Shown here one piece after another: positions 17,396-26,806 of a DNA stretch of 41,403 bases. Every line of letters starts with the position of its first letter. The first letter of the stretch is position 1. Location of the stretch: positions 1-41,403 of the IMG/VR virus record IMGVR_UViG_3300011335_000494; one strand, written 5' to 3'. Position numbers and translations under genes: made by a program. Source of the DNA: a virus (Duplodnaviria; Caudoviricetes). The notes beneath the pieces were generated by a model. That model worked only from the letters and a program-made list of their open reading frames with translations, was not told the origin of the DNA and searched no databases.

Positions 17396-18580
17396 ATGGC
17401 TATCCCAACAGGTACCCCTACCACCACGTCTAGCATCAGCGCACTCGTAACTGCAGCATACGATCAGTATGTAAGAATGGCACTTCGTTCCATTCCAGTT
17501 ATGCGTTCACTAGCTGATGTTAAGCCAGTGCAACAGGCAATGCCAGGATCATCAGTTGTTTTCTCAATCTACTCAGATTTGGCACAAGCTACTTCTACAT
17601 TGAGCGAAGCATCAGATGTTTCAAGCATTGCACTAGGTAACCCATCACAGGTTACAGTAACACTGAACGAATACGGTTCAGCAGTTACAACAACAAAGAA
17701 GTTAAACCTAACTTCATTCAACGATGTTGATTCAGCTCTTGCTGACATCATCGCATACAACGCAGCAGATTCTATTGACAACGTTGTAGGTCAGGTCCTC
17801 TCAGCAGGAACTAACGTGATCTACTCAAACGGTCCTTCAGGTTCTGCACCAACATCATCTGCAGGTGTTCTACCTGTAGATACAATGACAGTTGCAGATA
17901 TCCGCAACGCTGTAGTATCACTTCGCACAAACAAGGCATTGCCTCGTATGGGCGAACTATACGCTGCATACCTACACCCACGTCAGTCAGCCGATCTTCG
18001 CGCTGAAACTGGTACAGGTGGATTCCAGGAGCTAACAAAGTACGTTGAGCGTACACCGTTCGTTGCTGGTGCAGTAGGCGTTATCGAAGGTGCATTCATC
18101 GTTGAGACACCACGTGTCCTAAACGGTGCTGTACAGTCAAACGGCCTTATCTCAACAACAGTTGGTACAGCAATCACTAACGTTGCAGCTGACGGAACAA
18201 ACGCAACAATCACAACATCAACCGCACACGGTATTGGTGTTGGACAGGTTGTTACAATCGCTTCATCTAACGCGTTGTTCAACGGAACCTTCACAACCAT
18301 CTCTGGTACAACAGGTTCAACAATCAAGTACGCTCTTGCTCAGACAGTTTCATCTGTTGCAGCAACAGGTACAGTTACATTCACCAATAACTACCGCGCA
18401 ATCGTCGCTGGTCGTGAAGCATTGGCTGAAGCACAGGCAGCAGACATCTCAACCGTTATCGGTCCAGAGATTGATGCGCTACGTCGTTTCCGCACAATTG
18501 GTTGGTACTACTTCGGAGGCTTTGCTCGCCTTCGTGAAGCTGCTCTCTATCGCATTGAGTCAGCAGCAACAAACGGATAA
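17396..18580 (+). CDS. Major capsid protein (N4-gp56-like HK97 fold) with an inserted beta-rich domain
   Basis: Motifs TLNEYG, YAAYLHP, VIGPEIDALRRFRTIGWY; strongly biased codon use; follows scaffold. Confidence 0.9.
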   Translation: MAIPTGTPTTTSSISALVTAAYDQYVRMALRSIPVMRSLADVKPVQQAMPGSSVVFSIYSDLAQATSTLSEASDVSSIALGNPSQVTVTLNEYGSAVTTTKKLNLTSFNDVDSALADIIAYNAADSIDNVVGQVLSAGTNVIYSNGPSGSAPTSSAGVLPVDTMTVADIRNAVVSLRTNKALPRMGELYAAYLHPRQSADLRAETGTGGFQELTKYVERTPFVAGAVGVIEGAFIVETPRVLNGAVQSNGLISTTVGTAITNVAADGTNATITTSTAHGIGVGQVVTIASSNALFNGTFTTISGTTGSTIKYALAQTVSSVAATGTVTFTNNYRAIVAGREALAEAQAADISTVIGPEIDALRRFRTIGWYYFGGFARLREAALYRIESAATNG

Positions 18581-18595
18581 TTCCCGTTATTGCTC

Positions 18596-18625
18596 GGCAG
18601 GGGGTAGGGAAACCTACCCTCTGTC
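18596..18625 (+). terminator. 13-bp GAAA-tetraloop hairpin after the capsid gene (terminator or mRNA stabiliser)
   Basis: GGCAGGGGGTAGG-GAAA-CCTACCCTCTGTC; no U-tract. Confidence 0.6.
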
Positions 18626-18643
18626 ACTTATGAAAGGTTGGAT

Positions 18644-18967
18644 ATGCCATACACATTAACAACACCGTACCAGTGGCAAACCTGGGGCGCAGGTAGTGGA
18701 GAGTTCACTCCATACTCACGCCTAGCAGGTCGTCGTTTAATCGGTGGAACTATTGATGGTGATATCGCACCTAGTATGACAGACATCCCACGAGGTCAAA
18801 CATTGCTAGTAACTGGATCTAATGTTGCTATCAATATGACTCCAAGCCAAGATGACTTGGCTGCTTGTGACTATTACTTCCTCGGTGGTCACGAGTACGT
18901 CATTGGAGATCAGCAAGCAGCAGTGCTTACTGCAGCAGGATATGGAAGTTGGTTAACTCCAGTATGA
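18644..18967 (+). CDS. Hypothetical virion protein
   Basis: GAAAGG SD; ORF track. Confidence 0.75.
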   Translation: MPYTLTTPYQWQTWGAGSGEFTPYSRLAGRRLIGGTIDGDIAPSMTDIPRGQTLLVTGSNVAINMTPSQDDLAACDYYFLGGHEYVIGDQQAAVLTAAGYGSWLTPV

Positions 18968-19236
18968 GTTTACATAGACGCACCACGCATCCAGAGTATG
19001 TCGAAGGTTGCTTTGGTTGCAAGATAGGCGAACTAGAGTTGAGTGTAGGTGTGGCTAACCACAGAGGTATACCTACAGCTAAGCAACACGATAAGGAACT
19101 ACAGTCTTATTATGATGCTACGAAGCAAGGTATAGAACCACGTTCAACAAAAAAGATAGACATAGATGCAGCAGTTCAACTTTCCAACGAGGCTGGTAAA
19201 GCCTTCGATGGTATCTCAATGACATTTAAGGAGTAG
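18964..19236 (+). CDS. Hypothetical protein with H..H..CFGC metal-binding motif
   Basis: ATGA coupling; MSLHRRTTHPEYVEGCFGCK. Confidence 0.75.
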   Translation: MSLHRRTTHPEYVEGCFGCKIGELELSVGVANHRGIPTAKQHDKELQSYYDATKQGIEPRSTKKIDIDAAVQLSNEAGKAFDGISMTFKE

Positions 19237-19238
19237 CA

Positions 19239-19391
19239 ATGAAGAATTCAGAAAACGGAATGATGGATGATATGGGTATGGAAGAAGATCTAATGCCTTA
19301 TCCAGCTCCAGACAAGCAGTATCCAGGCGCAGCAAAGTATTCATCTTATGAATCAATCCAAACAGGAGCAATGGGAAAGGCGGCAAAGTAA
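19239..19391 (+). CDS. Small hypothetical protein, 50 aa (MKNSENGMMDDMGMEEDLMPYPAPDKQYPG...)
   Basis: AAGGAG SD; hand translation. Confidence 0.7.
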   Translation: MKNSENGMMDDMGMEEDLMPYPAPDKQYPGAAKYSSYESIQTGAMGKAAK

Positions 19392-19444
19392 TGGCAACAG
19401 CAAAGAAGAAGTGCAAGTCTTGCGGTAAAGGTTGTGGTCACTAA
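19391..19444 (+). CDS. 17-aa Cys/Lys micro-peptide MATAKKKCKSCGKGCGH
   Basis: TAATG coupling at both ends; paralogue at 19635-19691. Confidence 0.6.
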   Translation: MATAKKKCKSCGKGCGH

Positions 19445-19632
19445 TGAAGAAGGCTAAAGCACACCCAGGATTCAAAGCAGTTCAGAAGAAGATCGCAGCA
19501 AAACAAGGCGTAGGTATGGAACGTGCTGGCGCAATCCTTGCTGCAGGTGCTCGTAAGGCATCTAAGAAGGCTGTTAAAGCCAACCCAAACTTGAAGAAGG
19601 TTTCTGGTATGAACCGTAAGAAGGGAATGTAA
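19444..19632 (+). CDS. Lys/Ala-rich small protein (MKKAKAHPGFKAVQKKIA...)
   Basis: TAATG coupling; highly basic. Confidence 0.8.
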   Translation: MKKAKAHPGFKAVQKKIAAKQGVGMERAGAILAAGARKASKKAVKANPNLKKVSGMNRKKGM

Positions 19633-19634
19633 CA

Positions 19635-19691
19635 ATGGCCGTAAAGAAGTCTAAGAAGTGTAAGTCTTGCGGTAAGAACTGTGGTTGCTAA
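19635..19691 (+). CDS. 18-aa Cys/Lys micro-peptide MAVKKSKKCKSCGKNCGC
   Basis: Fills the gap exactly; TAATG coupled to the next gene; paralogue of 19391-19444. Confidence 0.6.
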   Translation: MAVKKSKKCKSCGKNCGC

Positions 19692-19870
19692 TGAAAAAAG
19701 CAAAGCCAAAGACTAAAGAAGCAAAGGTAATGCACGAGTTCAAAGCTGGAACTCTTCACTCTGGCAAGGGTGGTCCAGTAGTTAAATCTCGTAAGCAAGC
19801 AATCGCTATTGCTTTGTCAGAAGTTGGTAAATCAAAGGCTAAGACAAAGAAAATGGGAAAGAAGAAGTAG
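19691..19870 (+). CDS. Small basic protein, DUF6496-like
   Basis: KVMHEFKAGTLHSG...VKSRKQAIAIALSE motif. Confidence 0.8.
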   Translation: MKKAKPKTKEAKVMHEFKAGTLHSGKGGPVVKSRKQAIAIALSEVGKSKAKTKKMGKKK

Positions 19871-20149
19871 ATGGCAAAGTCTCCAGCGTGGCAGAGAGCA
19901 GAAGGTAAGAACCCAAAGGGTGGCCTGAATGCAAAAGGTCGTGCCTCTGCCAAAGCGCAGGGGATGAACCTCAAGCCTCCAGTCAAGAAGGCTGAGGCTG
20001 CTAAGTCTCCAAAATCTGCAGCAAGACGTAAGTCTTTCTGTGGTCGTATGTGTGGGATGAAAGCCAAAAATACTTCTAGCAAAACAGCTAGAGATCCAAA
20101 CTCAAGAATAAACAAGTCATTACGTGCTTGGGATTGTAGTTGTAAATGA
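19871..20149 (+). CDS. Small basic protein, DUF6321-like
   Basis: AWQRAEGKNPKGGLNAKGRAS...RRKSFCGRM...SLRAWDC motif. Confidence 0.8.
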   Translation: MAKSPAWQRAEGKNPKGGLNAKGRASAKAQGMNLKPPVKKAEAAKSPKSAARRKSFCGRMCGMKAKNTSSKTARDPNSRINKSLRAWDCSCK

Positions 20150-20310
20150 AAAAGAAAACAGCATTCTGGGATAAACCTAATCCTAAAGAGAAGTCAAAGA
20201 AGTTAACGCCAGCACAAAAGACTGCGGCGAAGGCACGGGCTAAGGCAGCAGGGCGACCTTATCCAAATCTAGTAGATAACGCAGCAGCATCTCGTAAAAA
20301 GAAAAAGTGA
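20146..20310 (+). CDS. Small basic protein, 54 aa (...AKARAKAAGRPYPNLVDN...)
   Basis: Hand translation; ATGA coupling. Confidence 0.75.
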   Translation: MKKKTAFWDKPNPKEKSKKLTPAQKTAAKARAKAAGRPYPNLVDNAAASRKKKK

Positions 20311-20319
20311 GGTAAATAG

Positions 20320-20604
20320 GTGGCACTAGGACAATACGGTACAACGCTATTAGATGAACTGAATCGTCTGGCTAATGGTGGCACCTATAGAGCACCAGGA
20401 GCGATGGTTGGCGAAGCCCTTGCTGCAAAGCAATGGGCAACCCAACGTTCAGTATCAACAAACTTAACAGACACAGTGGGAGTTCTAAATGCGATTGCGG
20501 GTACGTCTACTACTAATCGTCTTGATTACAATGGCGTATGCAATCTCATCGCTGGTACTTTTGAACTACCTGCAGCACAAGCTCTCAGAGCGGTGTCATC
20601 TTGA
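20320..20604 (+). CDS. Hypothetical virion protein
   Basis: GAGGT SD; ORF track. Confidence 0.7.
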   Translation: MALGQYGTTLLDELNRLANGGTYRAPGAMVGEALAAKQWATQRSVSTNLTDTVGVLNAIAGTSTTNRLDYNGVCNLIAGTFELPAAQALRAVSS

Positions 20605-20942
20605 GTGCTAAATACAACTTGGTTTGCGACCAAGCAACTACATTTAATTTTCAGTTCCAGATTCTCAACGACAATACTCCTTGGAATCTAACGAACTATG
20701 ATGTTGTAATGACAGTACGACCATTCGTTGGTGCGTCTACTACAACTGTAGTGGCAACCAATGACAATGGGCGTATCGTTGTTGATGGACCTAATGGTCG
20801 CATTACAGTAACTATTGATGCAGTAACTACTGGCAACATTGCAGCAGGTCGTTACTCATATGATTTAGTAGTAGATTCAGGTAGCGTAATCACACGCATA
20901 CTTGAAGGTAAATTTGTGGTGACAGGAGCCGTAACAATATGA
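20601..20942 (+). CDS. Fibre-attachment/adaptor beta-sandwich protein (BppU-N-like)
   Basis: Pattern Q.TTF...PWNLTNY...YSYDL...RILEGKFVV; precedes the collagen fibre. Confidence 0.6.
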   Translation: MSAKYNLVCDQATTFNFQFQILNDNTPWNLTNYDVVMTVRPFVGASTTTVVATNDNGRIVVDGPNGRITVTIDAVTTGNIAAGRYSYDLVVDSGSVITRILEGKFVVTGAVTI

Positions 20943-22558
20943 CAACTGTAATCGTTATTGAAAATATCACACCACAAGTAGCGGTAGAATTCTCACAGGA
21001 CCAAGGCCCACAAGGATCTCCAGGTAATACTGGACCAACAGGACCTACTGGTCCTGCGGGAGCAACTGGACCAACAGGTGCTACAGGTGTACAAGGTGTC
21101 ACTGGTGCCACTGGTCCGACGGGAGTAACAGGTGATGTGGGAATTACTGGACCGATTGGCGCGACGGGTGCCACGGGTCCTATTGGAGCCACGGGTAACA
21201 CAGGACCTACAGGTGTTACGGGCGCAACGGGAGTTACAGGTCCGATTGGACCTCAAGGAGTTACAGGAAGCATCGGACCGACTGGACCAGTTGGTGCCAC
21301 GGGTTCCGTAGGTGTTACTGGAGTTACTGGCCCTATTGGTGCCACTGGTAATGTTGGGCCTACTGGTCCTATTGGAGCAACTGGAAGCACTGGACCTATT
21401 GGAGCAACAGGACCTATCGGTCCTACAGGACCAATAGGAGCAACTGGTCCTACAGGTGCAGCAAGCACTGTTCCAGGTCCTACGGGCGCTACAGGCCCTA
21501 CTGGACCTACTGGAGCAGATGGTCAGTCAGCTAGTTATTATGATTATTTAGCCAATACAACAGCAACAAGTGGTGATCCTGGCAATGGATATTTATTATG
21601 GAACAACGCAACTCAGACCTCAGCAACTAGTATTACTATTGACCATATCAACGCTGACAATGTAGACATAGATGTATTCCTAACGCTTCTTTCTGTTGGC
21701 GATGTTCTTATTATTCAAGATAAAACCAATTCTGCTAATTTCCAAAAGTGGGAAGTTTCAGGAACAATTACTATTGTAGCTAATAACTACGTTACAGCTC
21801 CAGTAACATTGGTATCTTCTGGTGGAACTGGAACAACAGGTTTTGCTAACAATGCAACAATTATTCTTGCTATCGTTAGTGCAGGTGTTGTTGGACCTAC
21901 AGGTCCAATCGGTGCTACAGGTCCTACAGGATCTACTGGTCCAGCAGGAGCCACTGGTCCTATCGGTGCTACTGGTCCCACAGGACCACAAGGTGTAACA
22001 GGTGATCTTGGTCCAGCAGGAGCAACTGGTCCTGCGGGTGCTACTGGTCCTATCGGTGCAACAGGTGCAACAGGACCTGCTGGTACAAATGGAACAGTTG
22101 GTGTAACAGGTGCCACAGGTCCAGCAGGAACAGCAGGCGCTGTTGGCGCTACAGGTCCAGTAGGTGCCACTGGTCCAATAGGTGCCACAGGACCTGCTGG
22201 TGCTACAGGACCACAGGGTGTAACTGGTTCGACTGGTCCGTCTGGTGATCCAGGACTGGTCATTAACTCTCAGACAGTTTCATATACGTTGGTTCTAACC
22301 GATGCAAGCAAGTTGGTTGAAATTAACTCAGCATCTGCAAACAATTTAACAGTCCCATTGAACTCAACAGTAGCCTATCCAGTAGGTACTCAGATCAGCC
22401 TTCTTCAAGTAGGTGCAGGTCAGATGACTGTAGTAGCAACTGGTGGTGTAACAATCAACGCTACCCCTGGTTTGAAACTACGTGCTCAATGGTCTTCTGC
22501 GACACTCATTAAACGCGCAACTGATACTTGGGTACTGGTTGGAGATCTTTCAGCGTAA
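20939..22558 (+). CDS. Collagen-like fibre protein
   Basis: Two long G-X-Y tracts (GPT/GAT/GPI), a central globular domain and a C-terminal ...WVLVGDLSA domain. Confidence 0.9.
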   Translation: MTTVIVIENITPQVAVEFSQDQGPQGSPGNTGPTGPTGPAGATGPTGATGVQGVTGATGPTGVTGDVGITGPIGATGATGPIGATGNTGPTGVTGATGVTGPIGPQGVTGSIGPTGPVGATGSVGVTGVTGPIGATGNVGPTGPIGATGSTGPIGATGPIGPTGPIGATGPTGAASTVPGPTGATGPTGPTGADGQSASYYDYLANTTATSGDPGNGYLLWNNATQTSATSITIDHINADNVDIDVFLTLLSVGDVLIIQDKTNSANFQKWEVSGTITIVANNYVTAPVTLVSSGGTGTTGFANNATIILAIVSAGVVGPTGPIGATGPTGSTGPAGATGPIGATGPTGPQGVTGDLGPAGATGPAGATGPIGATGATGPAGTNGTVGVTGATGPAGTAGAVGATGPVGATGPIGATGPAGATGPQGVTGSTGPSGDPGLVINSQTVSYTLVLTDASKLVEINSASANNLTVPLNSTVAYPVGTQISLLQVGAGQMTVVATGGVTINATPGLKLRAQWSSATLIKRATDTWVLVGDLSA

Positions 22559-22567
22559 GATTCTCCT

Positions 22568-23629
22568 ATGAGATTCCACGTTATCAGTCTGCCTCACACG
22601 CAGACAACCAAAGATTATGTCAACTGCGCCTATACAGAAAAGGTACGCCGATTTTGTATAATGATGAAAGGGTTAGGCCATACGGTCTACCTTTATGCTG
22701 GTGAGGAAAATGAAGCTCCTTGTGATGAGTTAATTACTTGCATCACAAATGAGCAACGAGAAGAAGCATTAGATGGCAAGCACTACACAGAAGCTGCCTT
22801 TGATTCTAACCTTCCGCATTGGCAGATCTTCAATGGCAATGCTATCAAAGAACTTGAGAAGCGTTTAGAGAAGAAAGACTTTATTTGTGTTATTGGTGGT
22901 GCCTCACAAAAATCAATCGCTGATGCATATCCAGCACACATAACAGTAGAGTTTGGTGTTGGTTACGGTGGAATCTTTAGTCCATACAAAGTCTTTGAAT
23001 CATACGCTTGGATGCATAGCATCTATGCAATGTTCAAGAATCCAACAATGGTAGATGGTAACTTCTACGATGCTGTAATTCCAGGATACTTAGAACCTGA
23101 GATGTTCCCATTGCAGGAAAAGAAAGAAGATTATTACCTCTACGTAGGACGTATGGTAGATCGTAAAGGTCTAGTCATTGCTCAGCACGTATGTAAGGAA
23201 CTAGGACTCAAGCTCATTATGGCTGGTCCTGGTAAAGATCCAAAGATCGAATATGGCGAATGGGTAGGACCAGTTGGTCCTGAAGAACGAGCGAAGTTAA
23301 TGGGCGGTGCTATCGCTCTCTTTGCTCCAACACTATATATAGAACCTTTCGGTAATGTTGTTATCGAAGCACAGACCTGTGGAACTCCAACGATTACCAC
23401 AGACTGGGGAGCATTTACAGAGACTAATCCACAAGGTATTACTGGATACCGTTGCAGAAATGCAATGGAGTTTGCAGTAGCTACAGAGTGGGTTAAGGAC
23501 TTGGACCCAGTAGCAATACATAAGCGAGCAGTATCTCTTTATTCACTAGATGCTATCGCACCACAGTATGAACAATACTTTGCACGACTGCTAACTCTAT
23601 GGGGAGATGGCTGGTATGAGAGGAAATAA
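22568..23629 (+). CDS. GT-B glycosyltransferase (GT4/Glycos_transf_1 type)
   Basis: YVGRMVDRKG and EPFGNVVIEAQTCGTPTI signature. Confidence 0.9.
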   Translation: MRFHVISLPHTQTTKDYVNCAYTEKVRRFCIMMKGLGHTVYLYAGEENEAPCDELITCITNEQREEALDGKHYTEAAFDSNLPHWQIFNGNAIKELEKRLEKKDFICVIGGASQKSIADAYPAHITVEFGVGYGGIFSPYKVFESYAWMHSIYAMFKNPTMVDGNFYDAVIPGYLEPEMFPLQEKKEDYYLYVGRMVDRKGLVIAQHVCKELGLKLIMAGPGKDPKIEYGEWVGPVGPEERAKLMGGAIALFAPTLYIEPFGNVVIEAQTCGTPTITTDWGAFTETNPQGITGYRCRNAMEFAVATEWVKDLDPVAIHKRAVSLYSLDAIAPQYEQYFARLLTLWGDGWYERK

Positions 23630-24531
23630 TGCCAACACTGAACGAACTGGTAGATGAAGTAAAGGCTAACCTACAAGGTTATTCACTACGTCAAGACCGC
23701 ATTACCTATGTTGCTAACCCAAGTGGTCTATCAACTACTAGCACACAGATCACTGTTGGCTCATCTTCTAACCTAGCCAAAGGTCTTATTGAAATTGATG
23801 ACGAACTCATCTGGATTGATTCCTTTGATAAGGCAAATAACAACCTTAACGTAGTACCAGGATTTGGTCGTGGCTTCCAAGGAACTACAGCTTCGCCTCA
23901 CGCACAGTATGCTCAAGTAACTTTATCTCCAACCTTCCCACGTAACAATATCAAGAAGGCTATTAACGATACGATCAATAGTTTCTATCCTAAGCTCTGG
24001 ATTGCTAACTCATACACCTTTACCTTTAACGCATCTCAGACTACATACCCATTGCCTGATGATTGCGAAGATATCTTGTTTATCTCGTGGCAGACTACTG
24101 GCTCTAGCCAAGAATGGCTCCCAGTAAACCGCTGGCGCTTAGATGGTATGGCAAACGCTGCCACCTTTAATACACAGAATACGATCAATATCTATGAGAA
24201 CGTACAACCTGGTCGTACAATTCAAGTTTGGTATACCGCAACGCCGAACACTCTTGACGCAAACACAGATGATTTTGCTGACGTTACTGGCTTACCAGAT
24301 TCTTGTAAGGATGTTGTCGTACTCGGCGCAGCATACAAACTATTGTCTTACCTTGACGCTGGACGAATCAATCTCTCTTCAGCTGAGGCAGATCTAAATG
24401 ACTCTAAGATTCCTTCATCTGCTGGCGTTGCCGCATCTCGTTACATCTTTGCTCTCTATCAACAGCGTCTTAATGAAGAAGCATTGAAGTTAGCTGACAA
24501 GTATCCAATCCGTATTCACTACACCCGATAA
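23629..24531 (+). CDS. Probable head-tail adaptor (tail tubular protein A-like)
   Basis: MPTLNELVDEV start, YPLPDD and LPDSCKDVVVLGAAYK adaptor-like patterns; position. Confidence 0.6.
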   Translation: MPTLNELVDEVKANLQGYSLRQDRITYVANPSGLSTTSTQITVGSSSNLAKGLIEIDDELIWIDSFDKANNNLNVVPGFGRGFQGTTASPHAQYAQVTLSPTFPRNNIKKAINDTINSFYPKLWIANSYTFTFNASQTTYPLPDDCEDILFISWQTTGSSQEWLPVNRWRLDGMANAATFNTQNTINIYENVQPGRTIQVWYTATPNTLDANTDDFADVTGLPDSCKDVVVLGAAYKLLSYLDAGRINLSSAEADLNDSKIPSSAGVAASRYIFALYQQRLNEEALKLADKYPIRIHYTR

Positions 24532-24540
24532 GGAAAACCA

Positions 24541-25185
24541 ATGACACGTAAATACTCAAGCATCAGCGTTCAGACAACGCTAGCCTCTGGTATCTCAAAC
24601 TCTGCCTCATCTATGACTGTGGCTACTGGTACTGGTGCAGCCCTTCTCGGTGGTGTGACTTTGGCATCTGGCAATATTGACACCTTCTCGGTAGCCATTG
24701 ACCCAGATACTCAGAACGAAGAAATTGTCTTTATTACCGCTAACTCTAGCGATACCTTTACTATCCTTCGTGGTCAATCAGGCACTAGCGCAATTACTCA
24801 TTCAGGCGGTGCAACAGTAAAACACGTTTTTGTATCAGAAGCTCTTAATGCTTTTGAAGCAGGACTCAATGAGACTATTCCTTTGAATGCACAAACTGGT
24901 ACAACTTACACACTAACAGCAAATGATGCTGGTCAATTAGTAACTCTATCTAACGCTTCAGGAATTACTTTAACAGTGCCAACTAATGCTTCAGTTCCAT
25001 TTGCTATTGGAACTCAGATAACCATTACTCAGGCAAACTCAGGTCAAGTAACTGTTGCTGGTGCCGTTGGAGTTACAGTGTCTTCAGCAGACAATTTTCT
25101 TAAACTAAGAACTCAGTGGTCTGCTGGAACTCTTATTAAAACAAATACAAACTCTTGGATCCTGATTGGAGATATCAGCGCCTAA
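24541..25185 (+). CDS. Short tail fibre/anchor protein
   Basis: C-terminal domain (...WILIGDISA) is paralogous to the collagen fibre C-terminus. Confidence 0.7.
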   Translation: MTRKYSSISVQTTLASGISNSASSMTVATGTGAALLGGVTLASGNIDTFSVAIDPDTQNEEIVFITANSSDTFTILRGQSGTSAITHSGGATVKHVFVSEALNAFEAGLNETIPLNAQTGTTYTLTANDAGQLVTLSNASGITLTVPTNASVPFAIGTQITITQANSGQVTVAGAVGVTVSSADNFLKLRTQWSAGTLIKTNTNSWILIGDISA

Positions 25186-26294
25186 TGAGAATCCTAGGAA
25201 CAGTAGCATCTTCATCACGTGAAGTGCCTAATGCTCCAACCATTGGTACAGCTACCGACGTTGGAACAGGTCGTGCGTATAACAATGGTGCTGCAACTGT
25301 AACATTTACAGCACCTACATTTGATGGTGGTTTACCAATCACATCTTATACAGTTACTTCTAGCCCTGGTGGATTTACAGCATCAGGTGCTTCATCTCCA
25401 TTAACAGTAACTGGTCTTGCCTCAAGTACTTCATATACATTTACAGTAACTGCCACTAACTCTCGTGGTACAGGTGCTGCATCTTCTGCCTCTAACAGCA
25501 TTACTGCAACCACTGTTCCACAAGCTCCAACTATTGGTGCAGCAGCAGATGGTGGTACAGGCAGTACAGCAACTGTTGCATATACAGCAGGTGCTACAGG
25601 TGGTAAGGCAGTGTCTACGTACACAGCAACTTCATCTCCTGGATCACTAACAGGAACAGGTGCAAGTCCAATTACTGTATCTGGTCTTACTACTGGAACT
25701 GCCTATACATTTACAGTTACAGCAACTAATGCCAATGGAACATCTGCTGCATCTAGTGCATCTAACTCTGTAACTCCAGCAAGCCCAAGTTCATTTGAGT
25801 CTATTGCAACGGTAACTGGTACAGGGTCTTCTAATACTGTTACATTTAGTTCTATTCCAGGAACCTATAAATCATTACAAATTCGTTGTAATGTATTAAC
25901 AACAACAGATGCTGATGCTGGATTAAGAATAAGAGTAAATGGTGATACAGGTTCTAATTACAGTTATCATTATTTACAAAAATCTGGCGGTGGTGCAGTA
26001 ACTGCGGCAGGTGCTGCTTCGCAAAGCACTATTGTTGTTGGTGGCAGTGACTTGCTTTCAACATACCCTTGTACTTCGTTAATAGATATAGTTGATTATG
26101 CCTCAACTTCTAAAAATAAAACATTAAGAATGATGACTGGTATGTCATCAAATGGAACATTTAACGAAACACTTGCTATATCAAGCGGTGCGTGGCTTAA
26201 CACATCAGCAGTTACTTCAATTACTATTTATACAAGCGGTGCTAGCGATTACTTTAGCACTTCGGCTAAATTTGCTCTCTATGGAATTAAGTAA
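25185..26294 (+). CDS. Fibre-tip protein with two fibronectin type III domains and a C-terminal beta domain
   Basis: Two P.AP...YTVTSSPG...GL..T.YTFTVTATN..G repeats; ATG 25185 coupled by TAATG. Confidence 0.85.
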   Translation: MRILGTVASSSREVPNAPTIGTATDVGTGRAYNNGAATVTFTAPTFDGGLPITSYTVTSSPGGFTASGASSPLTVTGLASSTSYTFTVTATNSRGTGAASSASNSITATTVPQAPTIGAAADGGTGSTATVAYTAGATGGKAVSTYTATSSPGSLTGTGASPITVSGLTTGTAYTFTVTATNANGTSAASSASNSVTPASPSSFESIATVTGTGSSNTVTFSSIPGTYKSLQIRCNVLTTTDADAGLRIRVNGDTGSNYSYHYLQKSGGGAVTAAGAASQSTIVVGGSDLLSTYPCTSLIDIVDYASTSKNKTLRMMTGMSSNGTFNETLAISSGAWLNTSAVTSITIYTSGASDYFSTSAKFALYGIK

Positions 26295-26305
26295 GGTAGA
26301 ATAAT

Positions 26306-26806
26306 ATGGCAGCAACATACGAACCAATCGCTACCACTACTTTAGGTAGTGCAGCAGCATCTATTACCTTTTCCAGCATTAGTTCTGCATATACTGATTT
26401 ACGAGTTGCATTAACTTGCTCTACTAACGTAAGCAATACTATACTTATTCAATTTAATGGAAATGCTGGAACTTTATACTCTCAAACTTATTTGGGCGGT
26501 AATGGCTCTTCTGCTTTATCAGGAAGTGGAACATCTCAAACTAGCATTTATTATTCAAATTTAACAAATACTTATACTTCAACTCCGCAGTTTCTTACCG
26601 TAGATATATTTTCTTATGCAGGTTCTACAAATAAAACTGCATTGTTAACTGTCTCTGCAGACAATAATGGAAGTGGTATAACTGAAAATAATGTTGGTTT
26701 ATGGCGTTCAACTTCTGCGATAACAAGTGTTTCATTTACTGTTGGTGGAACAAGGACTTTTAACACTGGAACAACCGCAACCCTCTACGGAATTAAGGCA
26801 GCATAA
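26306..26806 (+). CDS. Ser/Thr-rich beta-domain protein (fibre-tip paralogue 2)
   Basis: Shares ITFSSI..YTDL...FNG...AITS...LYGIK with both neighbours. Confidence 0.75.
   Translation: MAATYEPIATTTLGSAAASITFSSISSAYTDLRVALTCSTNVSNTILIQFNGNAGTLYSQTYLGGNGSSALSGSGTSQTSIYYSNLTNTYTSTPQFLTVDIFSYAGSTNKTALLTVSADNNGSGITENNVGLWRSTSAITSVSFTVGGTRTFNTGTTATLYGIKAA

Noticed and set aside
20890-22263. Minus-strand Pro/Val-rich ORFs
   Set aside because: Antisense shadows of the collagen G-X-Y repeats
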